64,000 bases of DNA from Amoebidium appalachense (taxonomy: Eukaryota > Protista > Ichthyosporea), in the NCBI GenBank assembly GCA_963693365.1, contig CAVNZM010000017.1:6128708-6192707 (forward strand). The letters are read 5' to 3'. Positions within the stretch are counted from its first letter, which is position 1, and the number at the start of each line of letters is the position of its first letter. Of this stretch, positions 1 through 48,889 are shown piece after piece. Position numbers and translations under genes: made by a program. A model generated the notes under the pieces. That model was given only the letters and a program-made list of their open reading frames with translations, was not told where the DNA came from and made no database searches.

Positions 1-75
1 TTCTGGTTTTTGTGCTGTAAACAAACGAGAGATTTGCTGTGGCCTGTATTGTAGTTTTGACTTTATTTCTTGTAG

Positions 76-6587
<6,512 letters not shown>

Positions 6588-7566
6588 TCGACCCTAATCG
6601 GCATTCCGCCGTGTGACGCTTCCCCCGCATAGCCTTGCCAAATCTAATCCCAAAGCATTTAGAAAGTACATAGTTTTAGATAGTTATTTTACGTTGGCCG
6701 CCAGCCACTAACACACTATGTAGTTGGTGCACAAATGTACACATCTCTGCCTGTTCATACATAATAGGTTGCCGCTGCTTATGTAATTCTTACGTAAGGT
6801 CTGGGGGGCAGGCTTTGATAGCTCAAACCCCCCGTTATCCAATCGTAATCGAGGAATGGCTACCCTGTGGGCTTGCCGCATTTTTTGCTGCATCTTTAAA
6901 ACAATGCGCCAACATTATGATACCTTGATTTCCTCCGATTCCCTCTCCCCCCCTTCCCCTTTTTATTAAAAAAAAAAAGTTTGCCTTTGCTCAAATGTCA
7001 CTTGCATGGACACCAATTATGTTTTTGGCTGTTGGCATGCGCATTTTTTTGTGTGTGTGTGTGCGTGCGCGCGCTAGTGTGCGTGCGTGTGTGTGTCATG
7101 AGTGCCTTTGCCTCAAAATTTTCCACCCTCCTAATTGGCATACAACACTAGTCACTTTGAGTGCTGTCTCCCTGCGGCCCGGCTCAACATACCTTGTTTG
7201 TTGCCGCAGGCGACAGTCACTAGACAAAGTGTCAGATTGCGCAAACAAATTTAAATCTACAGCATATGATTGGCTCAAAGTCGCATTGATATTTTAACGA
7301 CGTGTTCCGATTGCCCGACAACAAAATCGCGGAAGGGTTCCTATTGCCCATCAGGAAAATAAACTTCAATAGAGCATTCCGATTGCCCATCAGAATTTCA
7401 TAGACCCGGCTGGAGACGTCCCGTGGCGTAGTCATCTGGCAGTGCTCAGCCACTTACCTAAGCCAGTGGGTACATAGCCTTGGAGACTAATACAACACCT
7501 ACTCCCCGTTCATCCCCTTTACTGCCTGTGAAGAATGTAGCAGTTCTGCAATATAGTAGTACTGGG

Positions 7567-7621
<55 letters not shown>

Positions 7622-7945
7622 ACACACACACACCAATCAAGCGGAAACAGTATCTGAGTTCACTGGGGTTTCGTTGACGAGGTGAATGGGTCGAAGTTCT
7701 CGGATATACTTTGGCGATGACCCGCCCCCCTGAGGCCTACTAGTAGGATGGGCTCTGCCGCGAGTTGTTATGCATACTCTTAACGGTTACTGTATGATTT
7801 GCCAGATCAATTATTCTGCATCGTGTTAACGTTGTCCGCTGTTTATGAGTACTTCGTACCTTATGACGCTTCCCCCGACCCCTTAGCGTCGTATATACGC
7901 GGGCTAAGGGGTCGAAACTCAGACGCAATTGATGACTTGGGCCCT

Positions 7946-8080
7946 CCCTGAGGATGGGCTCTGCTTATGACGCATACTGTGCGCATGGCTGATGCTGCAT
8001 ACTTGAATGTTTGCCTTTGCATGTGTCCTGCACCATGCTTCTCATCGTGTATGCGTACTTCGTACTGTGTTCCGCATTCA

Positions 8081-8083
<3 letters not shown>
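7946..8083 (+). repeat. Dispersed ~140 bp element, copy A (intergenic)
   Basis: CCCTGAGGATGGGCTCTGCTTATGACGCATACTGTGCGCATGGCTGATG...CCGCATTCAAACCC; closely matches 18671-18807 and 25853-25958. Confidence 0.85.
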
Positions 8084-8123
<40 letters not shown>

Positions 8124-8787
8124 CCCCCAGGGATCCCGAGCGCTTCTCTCAGGCCAGAACAACGCATTCGAATTACAAGGCCCCGGGCCTTGAGGACCAC
8201 AAATTGAAATCACCACAGCACCACTCATATATGTATACCACCATAAATTCTGAGGATGAGCACTGGCCAGGGCAGTGGCCATGGTGAATTATGCACAGAT
8301 CACATGAATGGCCTTATAGATTAATTAAAAGCATTTTTCATTATTTGAATCGGCCTGTTCAATATATTAATTACTAATTGATTCCGAATCCACTTTAAGT
8401 GATGTTGCTGGGTGCTTGTGACGAAACACACGTCACGGTACATTTTTGCTCATACATGTGCATGATGCCAGCTGAAGGCATTTTATTATTACAAAAGCGA
8501 AATATCACACAGTTGGACTATTTCGAAACACTGCGAGCGCTCACGTATATATACGCGTATGAGCTAGTACGTTGTGCAACACAGAATTCGAAGCGTTATC
8601 CGCGAAATGTGACTTTTCAGCTACTGGTGCATTGCATGCAACACGTTTTGTCAAATGTTTAATTCATGATCAGGTCTGACACTAAATCCGCGAGAAACAA
8701 TCCTGGGTTTGCTCATTCGACACACTGTTGTTACGGTCACAAAATCAATACGGTCAAACCACTGATGTGCTGTACATGTGTGTGAGT

Positions 8788-8890
<103 letters not shown>

Positions 8891-9299
8891 TGTTTTGTGT
8901 GTGTTTGTGTGTCTCTCTCCTTCTGTGTGTGTGTATGTGTGTGCGTGTGTGGTTCGAGTGTTTGTCACATCAATGCTACTTGCACTCACTACATACATTT
9001 AATAGTCCCTGAATGGGCAGTACAATACATAAAGCAATGCTGGACCACTTAAATTCATTCGACAGACTCCCCCCCCCCCCCCCCCCCCTCCCCACCTCCT
9101 CCGGTTCCCCGCCCTTCCCCTGAGCCTATAGCGATAAGGCAAAATCCACACCCCAGCCAAATAGTGGAGCTTGAGGGAAAAAATCTCAGGATCAGCCCAA
9201 CACCACCATACTTGGTTATGGCCTTAAATGGCTACCAAAAACCACATTCCTATTGGCCTTTCTTCATTATAGCCTTATTTGGCTACTGCTTCTTCATTG

Positions 9300-9427
9300 C
9301 TATTGACTGGCTGGCCACTGCAGCAGCAACCCATCGTAGCCCAACTCCACATGTGGCCCCTTGGTGCCGGTCTCGGCTTTGGCTGCTTCGTTGCCCTCAG
9401 TGTGCCCAACTGGCGAGAAGGGTGGGT

Positions 9428-9493
<66 letters not shown>

Positions 9494-9529
9494 TAGTGGG
9501 GAGGGGGCTAGCGGTAAGGACTTGCGTGT

Positions 9530-9616
<87 letters not shown>

Positions 9617-9814
9617 TTTTTGTGTGTTTGAGGGGGGGGGGGGGAGGAGAGAGAGAGAGAGAGGGGGGGGGGGGGGGGGGGCTAGTGCAATACAAATGAG
9701 AAGGTTTTTTGGAAAACAAACAACTCCATGCACCTTTTGCAAGACACACAATAAGTAGGTGCCAAAAGTAGAGCCCCTCCTCAGCAGAGGCCCAAATCAC
9801 CCCCGGAAAGAAAA

Positions 9815-9851
<37 letters not shown>

Positions 9852-10871
9852 GTGCACGCGTAGATTCGGCCTAAAGTAGTATTACAGTGACACAACCAAC
9901 TATCAGCGACTCTCACATTTGGACTAGTCGACATAATGAAGATACGAAAAATCGAACAAACAGAAGAGTGTGAAACTAAGTCATCCACAGTAACCAAGCT
10001 TCATGTGGTGGTGGTATTTATGTGTGGGGGAGAAGTTGAGATGTGTTACAGAATACACTCGCAAAGCACACATAGAGTATGCATGATAAGCACAGCCCAT
10101 TCTTAGGGGCGGGTCCAAGTAATCCATGGGGAAGGGGGGAGGGAGGGAGGGAGGGTGTCTGTGTCTGCGTGTGTGTGTGTGTGCCGGGGAGGGGGGGGGT
10201 ATTTGGCACGTACTTGCATGGTTCATGCCGATAAGATAGACCTGTTTTGGGGGAGGGCTGATACTCTGCGCCACAGCCACCGACTGGGGGAGGGTCAGGT
10301 GGGACCCATGCAGGGGGGATAGACGCAGCATGTCAAGAAACACTATTTCACTGCCATGCATCTTGGTGAGTGTCTGTGTGTACGTGTTAATGTGTGTGTG
10401 TGCATGTACGTGTATGTATGTGTATGTGTGTGTGTGTTCGTGTGCGTGGGGGGAGGGGGGGGAGGGGTGTGTGTGTGTGTGTGTACGTGTGTGTGCGTGT
10501 GCAAATGTGTCTGTGTGTGTGGGGGAGGGGGGGGAGGGGGGGGGGGAAAGAGAGGGGGGAGTGGGGGGGGGGGGGGGGGGGGGGAGGGTTATGGCAGTTA
10601 GGCAGACATTGACAGACAAACCTCCCCCCCCCCCCCCCCCCCCCCCCCCCACCCCCCCCCCCCCCCCCCAAAAAAAAACAAAAAAAAAACAAACAAAACA
10701 CCGCCACCACAACAACACACCCAAAAATCAAACCTAAAGAAACAAAGCAAACCAAAAAGATACCAAAGTTGCTTAAAGCTCTTAAAGTCATACCTAAAAC
10801 CAGCATCCCACCATGATTGTATGCCATCATATATCATGGTATTCCCACACCCAACCCTTCGGGCACATCCC

Positions 10872-10924
<53 letters not shown>

Positions 10925-11373
10925 CGCCCAGACAACCAAACCCACCCACACCCACACACCCACACGTTAGTAACATCCACATACACACACACAAACTGAA
11001 CAAAGCAAACAAACCCAGGAAAAGACAACAAAAACAAACATGCAAACAAAAACCGTACGACCACCGCCACCATCATTAAACTTCACATCGTTCACACTCT
11101 TAACCTCAACACCCCAAACATAACTGCTTTCCCCCTTGATTCCCCATCTGTTCTGTTTTCCTCCTGTTCTCCCTCTTATCCCTTCCTATTCTCATTCCAT
11201 TTCCCTGTTTTCCCTTCCTATTCTCATTCTATTCCCCTGCTATCCCGTCTTATTCTCATTCTATTCCCCTGTTATCCCGTCCTATTCTCATTCTATTCCC
11301 CTGTTATCCCCTACATGCATAGATGAAAGTCCTCTCTTATCCCCCATCACATTCCTATGATCTTCGGATTTAT

Positions 11374-11404
<31 letters not shown>

Positions 11405-12258
11405 TTCTTCCAGTCTCGTAGTTTCTACCTTCCAAAACCCTTATATTCCCTCGTCATTCCCCCATATTCCCAGTATATTCCCAGCATATTCCCTTATATT
11501 CCCTCGTCATTCCCCCATATTCCCAGTACATTCCCAGCATATTCCCTTATATTCCCTCGTCATTCCTCCATATTCCCAGTATATTCCCAGCATATTCCCT
11601 TATATTCCCTCGTCATTCCCCCATATTCCCAGTATATTCCCAGCATATTCCCCTACATTCCCTCATCATTACCCGATAATCTCAGTATATTCCCAGCATA
11701 ATTCCTCGGTATTCCCCCATATTCCCAGCAAATTCCCCCATATTCCTGCACTCACCTCGTCAGGCACACAGAGGGCATCCGACACATATGAGATGTTGCC
11801 AAACCGGAACCCACAGCACCCCTTGGCCCCATGCGGCACCGGCAAAGGCGTAAACACGCACCCTGATTTTTTTTGATTTTTTTTATTTTATTTTATTTTA
11901 TTTTTTTTTTGGGGGGGGGGGGGGAGGGGGGGGGAGAGAGAGAGAGAAAAGAAGGGAGAAAAGGTGGGCATGGGTGGGTGGGGGAGGGGGGAGGGGGAAG
12001 GGGGGAAAGGGGCAAGGAATGTGGTTAACAGCACGAATCAGCAAACCACAGTATGAGCAACAGTGTGAGGTAATAATAGAAATGATGATATGCAATAAAG
12101 CAGTAGCGGGCTCACAAAGGTTGCAGCCACACAGGATGGGCCCTGCTGGCCCTACCTGTAGAACAGACCCCCCCTCCCCCCCCCTCTTCACCTTCTCCCC
12201 ACTTTCCCTGGTCGCCGGGCAAAAAAAAGGAGAAAAACAAGGGTGGGGGTGGGTGCGT

Positions 12259-12293
<35 letters not shown>

Positions 12294-12366
12294 TCGGGGG
12301 GGGGGGGGGGAAGGGGGGGATGCTATTCCTACCTGGAAATTTGTTGACATGATATCGGGCGCCAGG

Positions 12367-12403
<37 letters not shown>

Positions 12404-12570
12404 ACATAGTAAGAAGAACGAACTCAGAACGGGTAACATAATGTTACCAAAAAAAAAAAATAAACAAACAAAACAAAAAAAAACAAAAAACAGAAAGCAT
12501 GAGAAATAGCTTGAGACCATCAATAAGCAGGGGAAGAGGGGGAGGTGTTATTTTGTGAATGTCTTTCGTT

Positions 12571-12601
<31 letters not shown>

Positions 12602-13316
12602 CCCCTTCTTCTTTTTTCTTTAGTTGGAGTGGGAGGAGGGGGGAGGGGAGGGAGAAGGGGGCTTACCTGGAACAGGTTCAAACGGCTTATTCTCCTCAAA
12701 CGACAGAAAATCCAAAAGAGAAACACCACCCCCAGCAGAATGATTAAACCCAGGGAACAAATATGGAAATGCGTTTTTCAATGTTTGCATGTCAACATCA
12801 CGGGCGTAAACTGGAAGCGGATGCTCCTTGCGCAAACTAAAATCCCTGAGATCATCAAGACCATATGCAGCGTCGTTGTGGTCATGTGTGAGAACTATGG
12901 CGTCAAGATGTGTGATGTTGTGTTGGGGGAACCACTCAAGGGCGGTCTGCCAAAAGAACTTTCCACAATCGATGAGAATGTTCCGGAAAGGCTCGTCGGA
13001 GGTGCGACGGTGACGCACTGTAGGTGAAAGAAGGGCATGGAAGGTTTCTGGGATATTAGTATCTGCTCGAACTGTCTATTGGTCATATGTGCTAGAAAAC
13101 AGGCAAGAAAGGGCTGGTGAAACAGTGACAGATGCAGGGTGGGATTAGACAATTTCGGGTGAGTGGGTAAGGGGAGGGGCGGTGGGGTGAGAGTGGTATG
13201 GGAAGGAAACCTTAGAAAAGTTCGAGAGCCGCCATATTTGTCTATCTTGGTGTGCATAAGCTACCGTATTCAGAAAGAAATGATAGAGCCGTGTGCATGT
13301 ACTCGTATAGAAGGCG

Positions 13317-13362
<46 letters not shown>

Positions 13363-13725
13363 AAGATGTGGGCATGAACGCTAACTGAATTTTTACGAAC
13401 GCTCGTGCACGTGGCCTAGTTTACGTGGATCTGTATCGGACCGTAAACCACAGCGGGCAAACTGGGTATCATATCTTGTTCTGTCCAAAATTTAAGAGGG
13501 CGGAACAGAGGGGATGAAGACGACTATGAGTAGGGGTGGACAGGCACCCCGTGCATGTCGGCGACGGCTGTACGGGAGGAACAAAAAGGTTTGAGTGGGT
13601 GAGGGAGGTTATTGAGAGAGACGGGGAGCTGTGTTAAGCACTCACAACACACGAAGCAAAATGAGGCGGACGAGGAAGAGAGGGGCGGAGGAGGAGGGGA
13701 GGGGGAGGAAGGGGGAGGGGGGGAA

Positions 13726-13758
<33 letters not shown>

Positions 13759-13965
13759 TAAGTTGAATGACTCACCAAGCAAACAGGTGGCCCGTCGCAG
13801 GTTTTTTGAGCGCACATTCTTTCTTGCTGCGTCCACACACACGGCACAATCACCGTTCACCACACAGGTTACTCTAGGAACACCCTCTGACGTACCCGAA
13901 CCAAGAAGTAGGAGCTCAAAAAGTCCATCGCTCTGTATGTCTGTGTGCACGTCTGCTGCCGTCAT
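9300..13965 (-). CDS. Metallo-beta-lactamase-fold hydrolase, PhnP-like
   Basis: Exons 13965-13776, 13017-12667, 11862-11756, 10373-10214, 9409-9300; all GT-AG and in phase. Motifs [11 protein letters not shown], CxxC (DCAVC), [17 protein letters not shown] (HxHxD-type), VPHG, SYVSD, HGSH, LIGMNH and LGYDGL are typical of the PhnP-like MBL subgroup. Confidence 0.9.
10043..10109 (-). repeat. Short diverged relative of the dispersed element (MBL intron 4)
   Basis: Minus strand reads CCCCTAAGAATGGGCTGTGCTTATCATGCATACTCTATGTGTG...TATTCTGTAAC. Confidence 0.6.
11440..11748. repeat. Minisatellite built on ATATTCCC units (MBL intron 3)
   Basis: Repeated ATATTCCCAG / ATATTCCCT / CGTCATTCCCCC blocks. 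Confidence 0.85.
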
Positions 13966-14268
13966 CTTCGATATATAGTTCTGCTTCAAAAGGCTTTTTC
14001 AAAAGAATGAGAATGTTTATGACTCTAAGATGCGAAGTGTGAAGAAGACTCAAGGAAGAAGGTGTTACAGTGTACTAAGAAGTGTGCTTGGGATAGTTTT
14101 AAGGTAAAGGACATTACCAAGTTTCTCATTAATGACATTAACCATGAAGGAATACTTTTGAGAAGTAAGAACTCCTTTTGAGAAGAGAACTATGGACGTT
14201 TTCTTGTCTGGCAGGAAGCGATGAGGCTCTCTCTCTTGTTGCGCAAAAAAGTGGTGGTGCGATCGGAG

Positions 14269-14818
14269 CCAATCAGATGCGAATATATTTTCCAAGTTAT
14301 CCAAGGCCATTGTGTTCAACTCAATTACTTCTAATATTTACAAAGCACCCTCGTTTTTGCTAATAATATATATATATATTTAGTTTTTTTGGTTAGTTAC
14401 ATACGTACAGAATTGTAAGTCCTATAATACGAGCTGGTGAAGAATGGGGAAAAAAACTTGAGTTTAGCAGGAAGTGTCGATTCAGCCAATGATAAATGGC
14501 CGGGATAAAACTTTCTACACCAATCACACATTCGCATCTATAACCCACCAATCACATTACCATTTAAAAGACGGCAATATGGTACTGTTGTATGAAATCA
14601 GGGATTGGTTGATCTGATGAAGATCTTAGAATTCATGGAGAGGGGCAATAAGCAAAATTTCGCAATTCTGCAATAGCTTGAATAAATAAAGTTTTATTAG
14701 TTTTATTAGTTAAGTAGTTTTATAAATTTGGTTTTTTATTCGCATACTGCTTTAGTTACGTATGTTTTAAGAGACACAGAGAATTTGTCATAGATACCAC
14801 ACGTAAGCTTGTGATTGG
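14269..14818. promoter_or_regulatory. Putative bidirectional promoter with clustered CCAAT boxes
   Basis: The 1.3 kb between the divergent start codons (13965 minus, 15248 plus) is AT-rich and lacks CA/GT tracts. CCAAT at 14269, 14486, 14520, 14548; ATTGG at 14604, 14814. Confidence 0.55.
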
Positions 14819-15247
14819 TTTTATATCATGTACTTATGCGACTGCTTTTTCACGCTTATGAGCCACACGAATTTCCCGGTGCCCCTCCTACAACGTTAAC
14901 TGAGGCAAGAAAATGGAAAGGGAAAACAAGGAAAGGGAGAGAGAGCGCCTTGAGAGAAACGTGAGTGATAAACGTGCCACGCTTTCTTTTATTTATATGG
15001 TAGAGAAACTTTAAACTGGAGCTAGGCTGTAGGCAGTTCATGGTTGCTGCGTAGCTAGGCTTCCCTCTGTCAGTTGTCACCAAAGTTGAATTTGAAACGT
15101 TGTTTTCAAGTTGAAAAACTACAACAGCTTGTACGTCGTCGAAATTTCTCCGTTAGGAGAATTTGTGGTTCACTTCCCATGCAATTCTAAACTATGCTGC
15201 ATATAGAAGTAAATGCATAGTATGTGTATGGCTTGTTAGAGCTAAAT

Positions 15248-30867
<15,620 letters not shown>

Positions 30868-31912
30868 GCCAGATATGCTCGTTGTTAGCGGATACTAAAT
30901 AAACAAACAGACACGAAATAAACAAACAGTTACTTCACACGGCGTGTTAGTCAATGACATGTGTGCGCCGATGTCTTGGCCATGCGTGTCAGTGTCCGAC
31001 GTCGACGTCGACGTCCTCGGGGCATGCTTCTGTAGGTGTTTGCAAGTTTTAATTAAGACATGTACTAGTGACATGCATGTGAATATTCAATAATTTCAAG
31101 CAAGAAAGATTCCAAGTAATTTTGTTCGCGGTACAGCTGGTCCGGGTACTTGACGACTGACTGACAACTGAGTCACGGTGAGTGGCAGAATTATTGGTAG
31201 AAGCTGGCAGGTATCATCATCTTCCGAAGATGATGCATATGTACACAGTAGTTACTATGAGACATTAATAATATTATGCTTAAAGTATAATCATGGATGT
31301 AGTGTGTCAACTTCATAATATATTGCAATTGTTGGTGAACAGCAAAATACGTTATTTATGGAAATTTTTTTCATCTTCTAGCGGCTATATATTAGAGGCT
31401 GTGACCGTGCACGGTACGTAAGCTAACCATAATAAAAGATTTCGAAATGTCATTGAGGCATATGTTCCTTTCACCTTTGCACGCTGCAGCCAGAGAGATC
31501 TGCAAGGTGCGTGCTGGCACCAAAAAAAAAAAATTAATAAGCGTTTGCGGCGCGCAGTATGATACGTATTACTACAGAAAGCACAAACACTTTCACCCAC
31601 CGTTTGCTTTCTGGGTGACGGGCACGGCAATGGCAATGATGATGGCAGCAATGAGGATGACTATGCACCCGGCAGCAATCAGCATGCGCCTCTTCTTGCC
31701 CCCCACCACCCGAACTTGCCCCCTGCATCCATGCTGCTCAACGAAGAAGGGAAGAGGCGGAAAAGTGCTTGAAGATAGGGTGGGGTGTTGTCAGTTGACT
31801 TTGCAACGTAAGAACAGCCAGCTCTTCAAAATTGGGTTAGAGAAGGCCGCATGAAACTTCACGAGTGGATATTGGGTGCATGCATGCATATGCTGGGCAT
31901 TCCCCATAAGGC

Positions 31913-31950
31913 TTTTTGATTTTGAAACGGGGAGGGGGGTAGTAGGAAGT

Positions 31951-31989
<39 letters not shown>

Positions 31990-32050
31990 CCACCACCCCT
32001 CCACTGGCTGGGGAAGGGGGGGGGGGGGGGGGACCCACCACCACCCAGGG
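31913..32050 (+). repeat. Dispersed intergenic repeat; second copy inverted at ~53305-53570
   Basis: TTTTTGATTTTGAAACGGGGAGGGGGGTAGTAGGAAGTTTGGGG versus the reverse complement of 53525-53570, TTTTTGATTTTGAAACGGAAAGGGGGTAGTTGTAACTTTGGGG. Both copies continue with GGGGACCCACC motifs between G runs. Confidence 0.65.
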
Positions 32051-32726
32051 GGGGGGGGGGGGGGAGGGGGGGACTACCCAAATATGACTAATAATATTAG
32101 TATGTATATTGGATACCAGCTTGAAACATACTGGCATTGGCACCTTCGAATTCTCTACAATTTTTTTGCTCATATATGGGAGCAAAACCTCGGGTGTTCT
32201 TTCACACGACCGGGAGCTGTTCGTGGCCCACGCGCGATGCATGTTCGTCCGAACGTGCGCGCGGGTGCTGCAGTGCATTGCAATTGTGGCACCTCCGGAC
32301 CCTCCTTGCAAGCCCACACAACCTTTATTTCCTGTACATTATGCAAACATATGTCCCTCCTCTGTTCCCTAATGAACACAAGAGTTCATACGATGCATAC
32401 GTACGTACTCCTGTTTACCACAACTTTCTATGTTTCCTTGTGCGCTACGGCTCGACTCCTCCGGATACTTGCAATTCTTAATAGTCGTGAAGGCTCCCCA
32501 TACCGGGGTGCCTTTTGCTCCCCATACCGGGGCGCCTTACTTAAATTCAAAACTTGTAAAACCGTTGGCATTGGCTATAAATAAACGTATGTTGTTCTAC
32601 ACGTGCACAGGCATTTACAACCACTCTGCCAAGGGGCATTCCTGCCTACATCATCACCCATGGCCCACCACCCGCTGAACCCTTGCCACTTTCTTCCTCA
32701 CACTTCGTTTACGTATCCATTTTCAC

Positions 32727-32759
<33 letters not shown>

Positions 32760-33147
32760 ATATCCCGGTTCACCTCACAGAGGTTACCGGTCACTTGGCT
32801 CTTGCAGTGCCTGCTGCCCCAGGCCTAGAACGATATCTATAGCTACATCAGAACTCTTTTGTAACTTATTATTATTAGCAAAATCGGATTTCACTTGTAA
32901 CTATACACTAATATTACAGGCCATCTACAATCCATCCTCACCATACCACGGGAGCCTAAGTAGCACGGCACTGTGTGTGTGTGTGTGTGTGTGTGTGTGA
33001 GTGTGATAGCATGTGCCAGCGTGCATGCATCAGTGTGTCTGTACCCACACGACTGTGGCGTCTGTGTTTACGCACCATAGAGGAGGATGAGGGCAGAAAC
33101 AGGAACGAATGGAGGAGGGGGGCGGTGGTTGGGGGGGGAGGACAGGC

Positions 33148-47298
<14,151 letters not shown>

Positions 47299-48011
47299 AG
47301 TGTAGGCTGGTTAAAGGGAAACAAATTGAAAAGAACACACGAAGTCACGAATGAGCCGCTGCTTTTATATGCAGCAGGTGATATATTCGAGGTCCTCGAG
47401 TGTGTAGAGAAAATCAATATAAATGAACAGGGTCTGAATCCTGTAAGTAAATGGATTACATAGTTGCACATGTAGTTAGGGAAAAGAGGAAGGGGAAAGG
47501 AACCGATAAACAGACCGTGGACTTGAAAATATGCATTATTCAAGTTTTGCATACGTGAAGTTATAGCAGTTTGAGTATGTGTCATTTCTTAGTGGAACTC
47601 TTTAATATAAATTGACGTTATCGATTCTGGCAGATACTGTAAAAAGACTGTCGTTTTATTGGTCAGTGAGTGTTTACGTAATATCTCCGTTGCATGTGAT
47701 GTACAAGTGTGTTTAATGTGACCTTTCATAGCGCCTTGTGCAGCAGAAAGATAGGCATACTATAAAACTAACATATATATACGAAATATATTTGAGCCAA
47801 TTTATTAGCTTATAATTGTTTTTTTATATAAATATATCGAGCTCAAAAGCCTCGTTATACTGGCAACGAGACGGCTGAGCCTCGGATACATACCGGCGAC
47901 TTCATTTCGTGACATTTGACAATGTCGATTGGATAACAAAGTTTGAGTGAGTCTCGAGATCAAAGCATGGATTAGGGAGTCACTTCTGGACCCTGTTCTG
48001 GACGTGCCCGG

Positions 48012-48048
<37 letters not shown>

Positions 48049-48534
48049 GCCACGCCGTTGAAGCACGTATCCCGGCGAGGCTCACCCGGCCCCTTGTATT
48101 CCATCTGACAAAAACGACGCTCTAGATCTCCGCATACGTCACCATAGAACACACATGCACACACATCTGTACATCCATGGCCACGGATACGCGGACATGT
48201 ACACACGGACACACACACGCGCACACACGTACGCCGTGGCACACACGCACACACACACACAAACACGCACAAGCACATGTACATATACACACAGACGTCG
48301 ACGTAAAAGCAACTTCACACATGCACGTGTGTACACACACAACATATAGGTATACGCACACACACACGCACACATGAAAACACACACGCATACACACACA
48401 CACACACATGAAGACACACACATACACACATGTACACACGTGACACACACACAGACAGACACACACGCCAACACACACGCACACACACACACACACGCAC
48501 ACGTCACACACACACAAGCATGCACGTGCACACG

Positions 48535-48633
<99 letters not shown>

Positions 48634-48829
48634 GCGATCCACACATCCCGTGGGCAAACCACACGTGCACCCCGGGGTGGTCGATGGGACTTCCCTGGGC
48701 ATGCGATGTGCTAATTTTACCTTCAACTGTTCGACCAACCAAAAGGAGGCTAAAAATCTAGGGAGCCGACTCCGAGTTTGTAGAATTCCAGAGCGCCTTC
48801 CTCTGAGCTAGGGGGACTATCGACCGAAC

Positions 48830-48837
48830 TATATAAA
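48830..48837 (+). promoter_or_regulatory. TATA box of the NlpC/P60 gene
   Basis: TATATAAA about 55 bp upstream of the ATG at 48890. Confidence 0.55.
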
Positions 48838-48889
48838 CCTAGTCCGACCCACATTTTCTCTCAGACAGAAACTCGTTTGCTCACCGAAG

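Noticed and set aside
7948-7975. Hammerhead ribozyme in the dispersed element (CTGAGGA matches CUGANGA, followed by a short stem)
   Set aside because: The required GAAA after stem II is absent (TGACG, TCATG or TATGC in the copies) and no stems I/III are evident.
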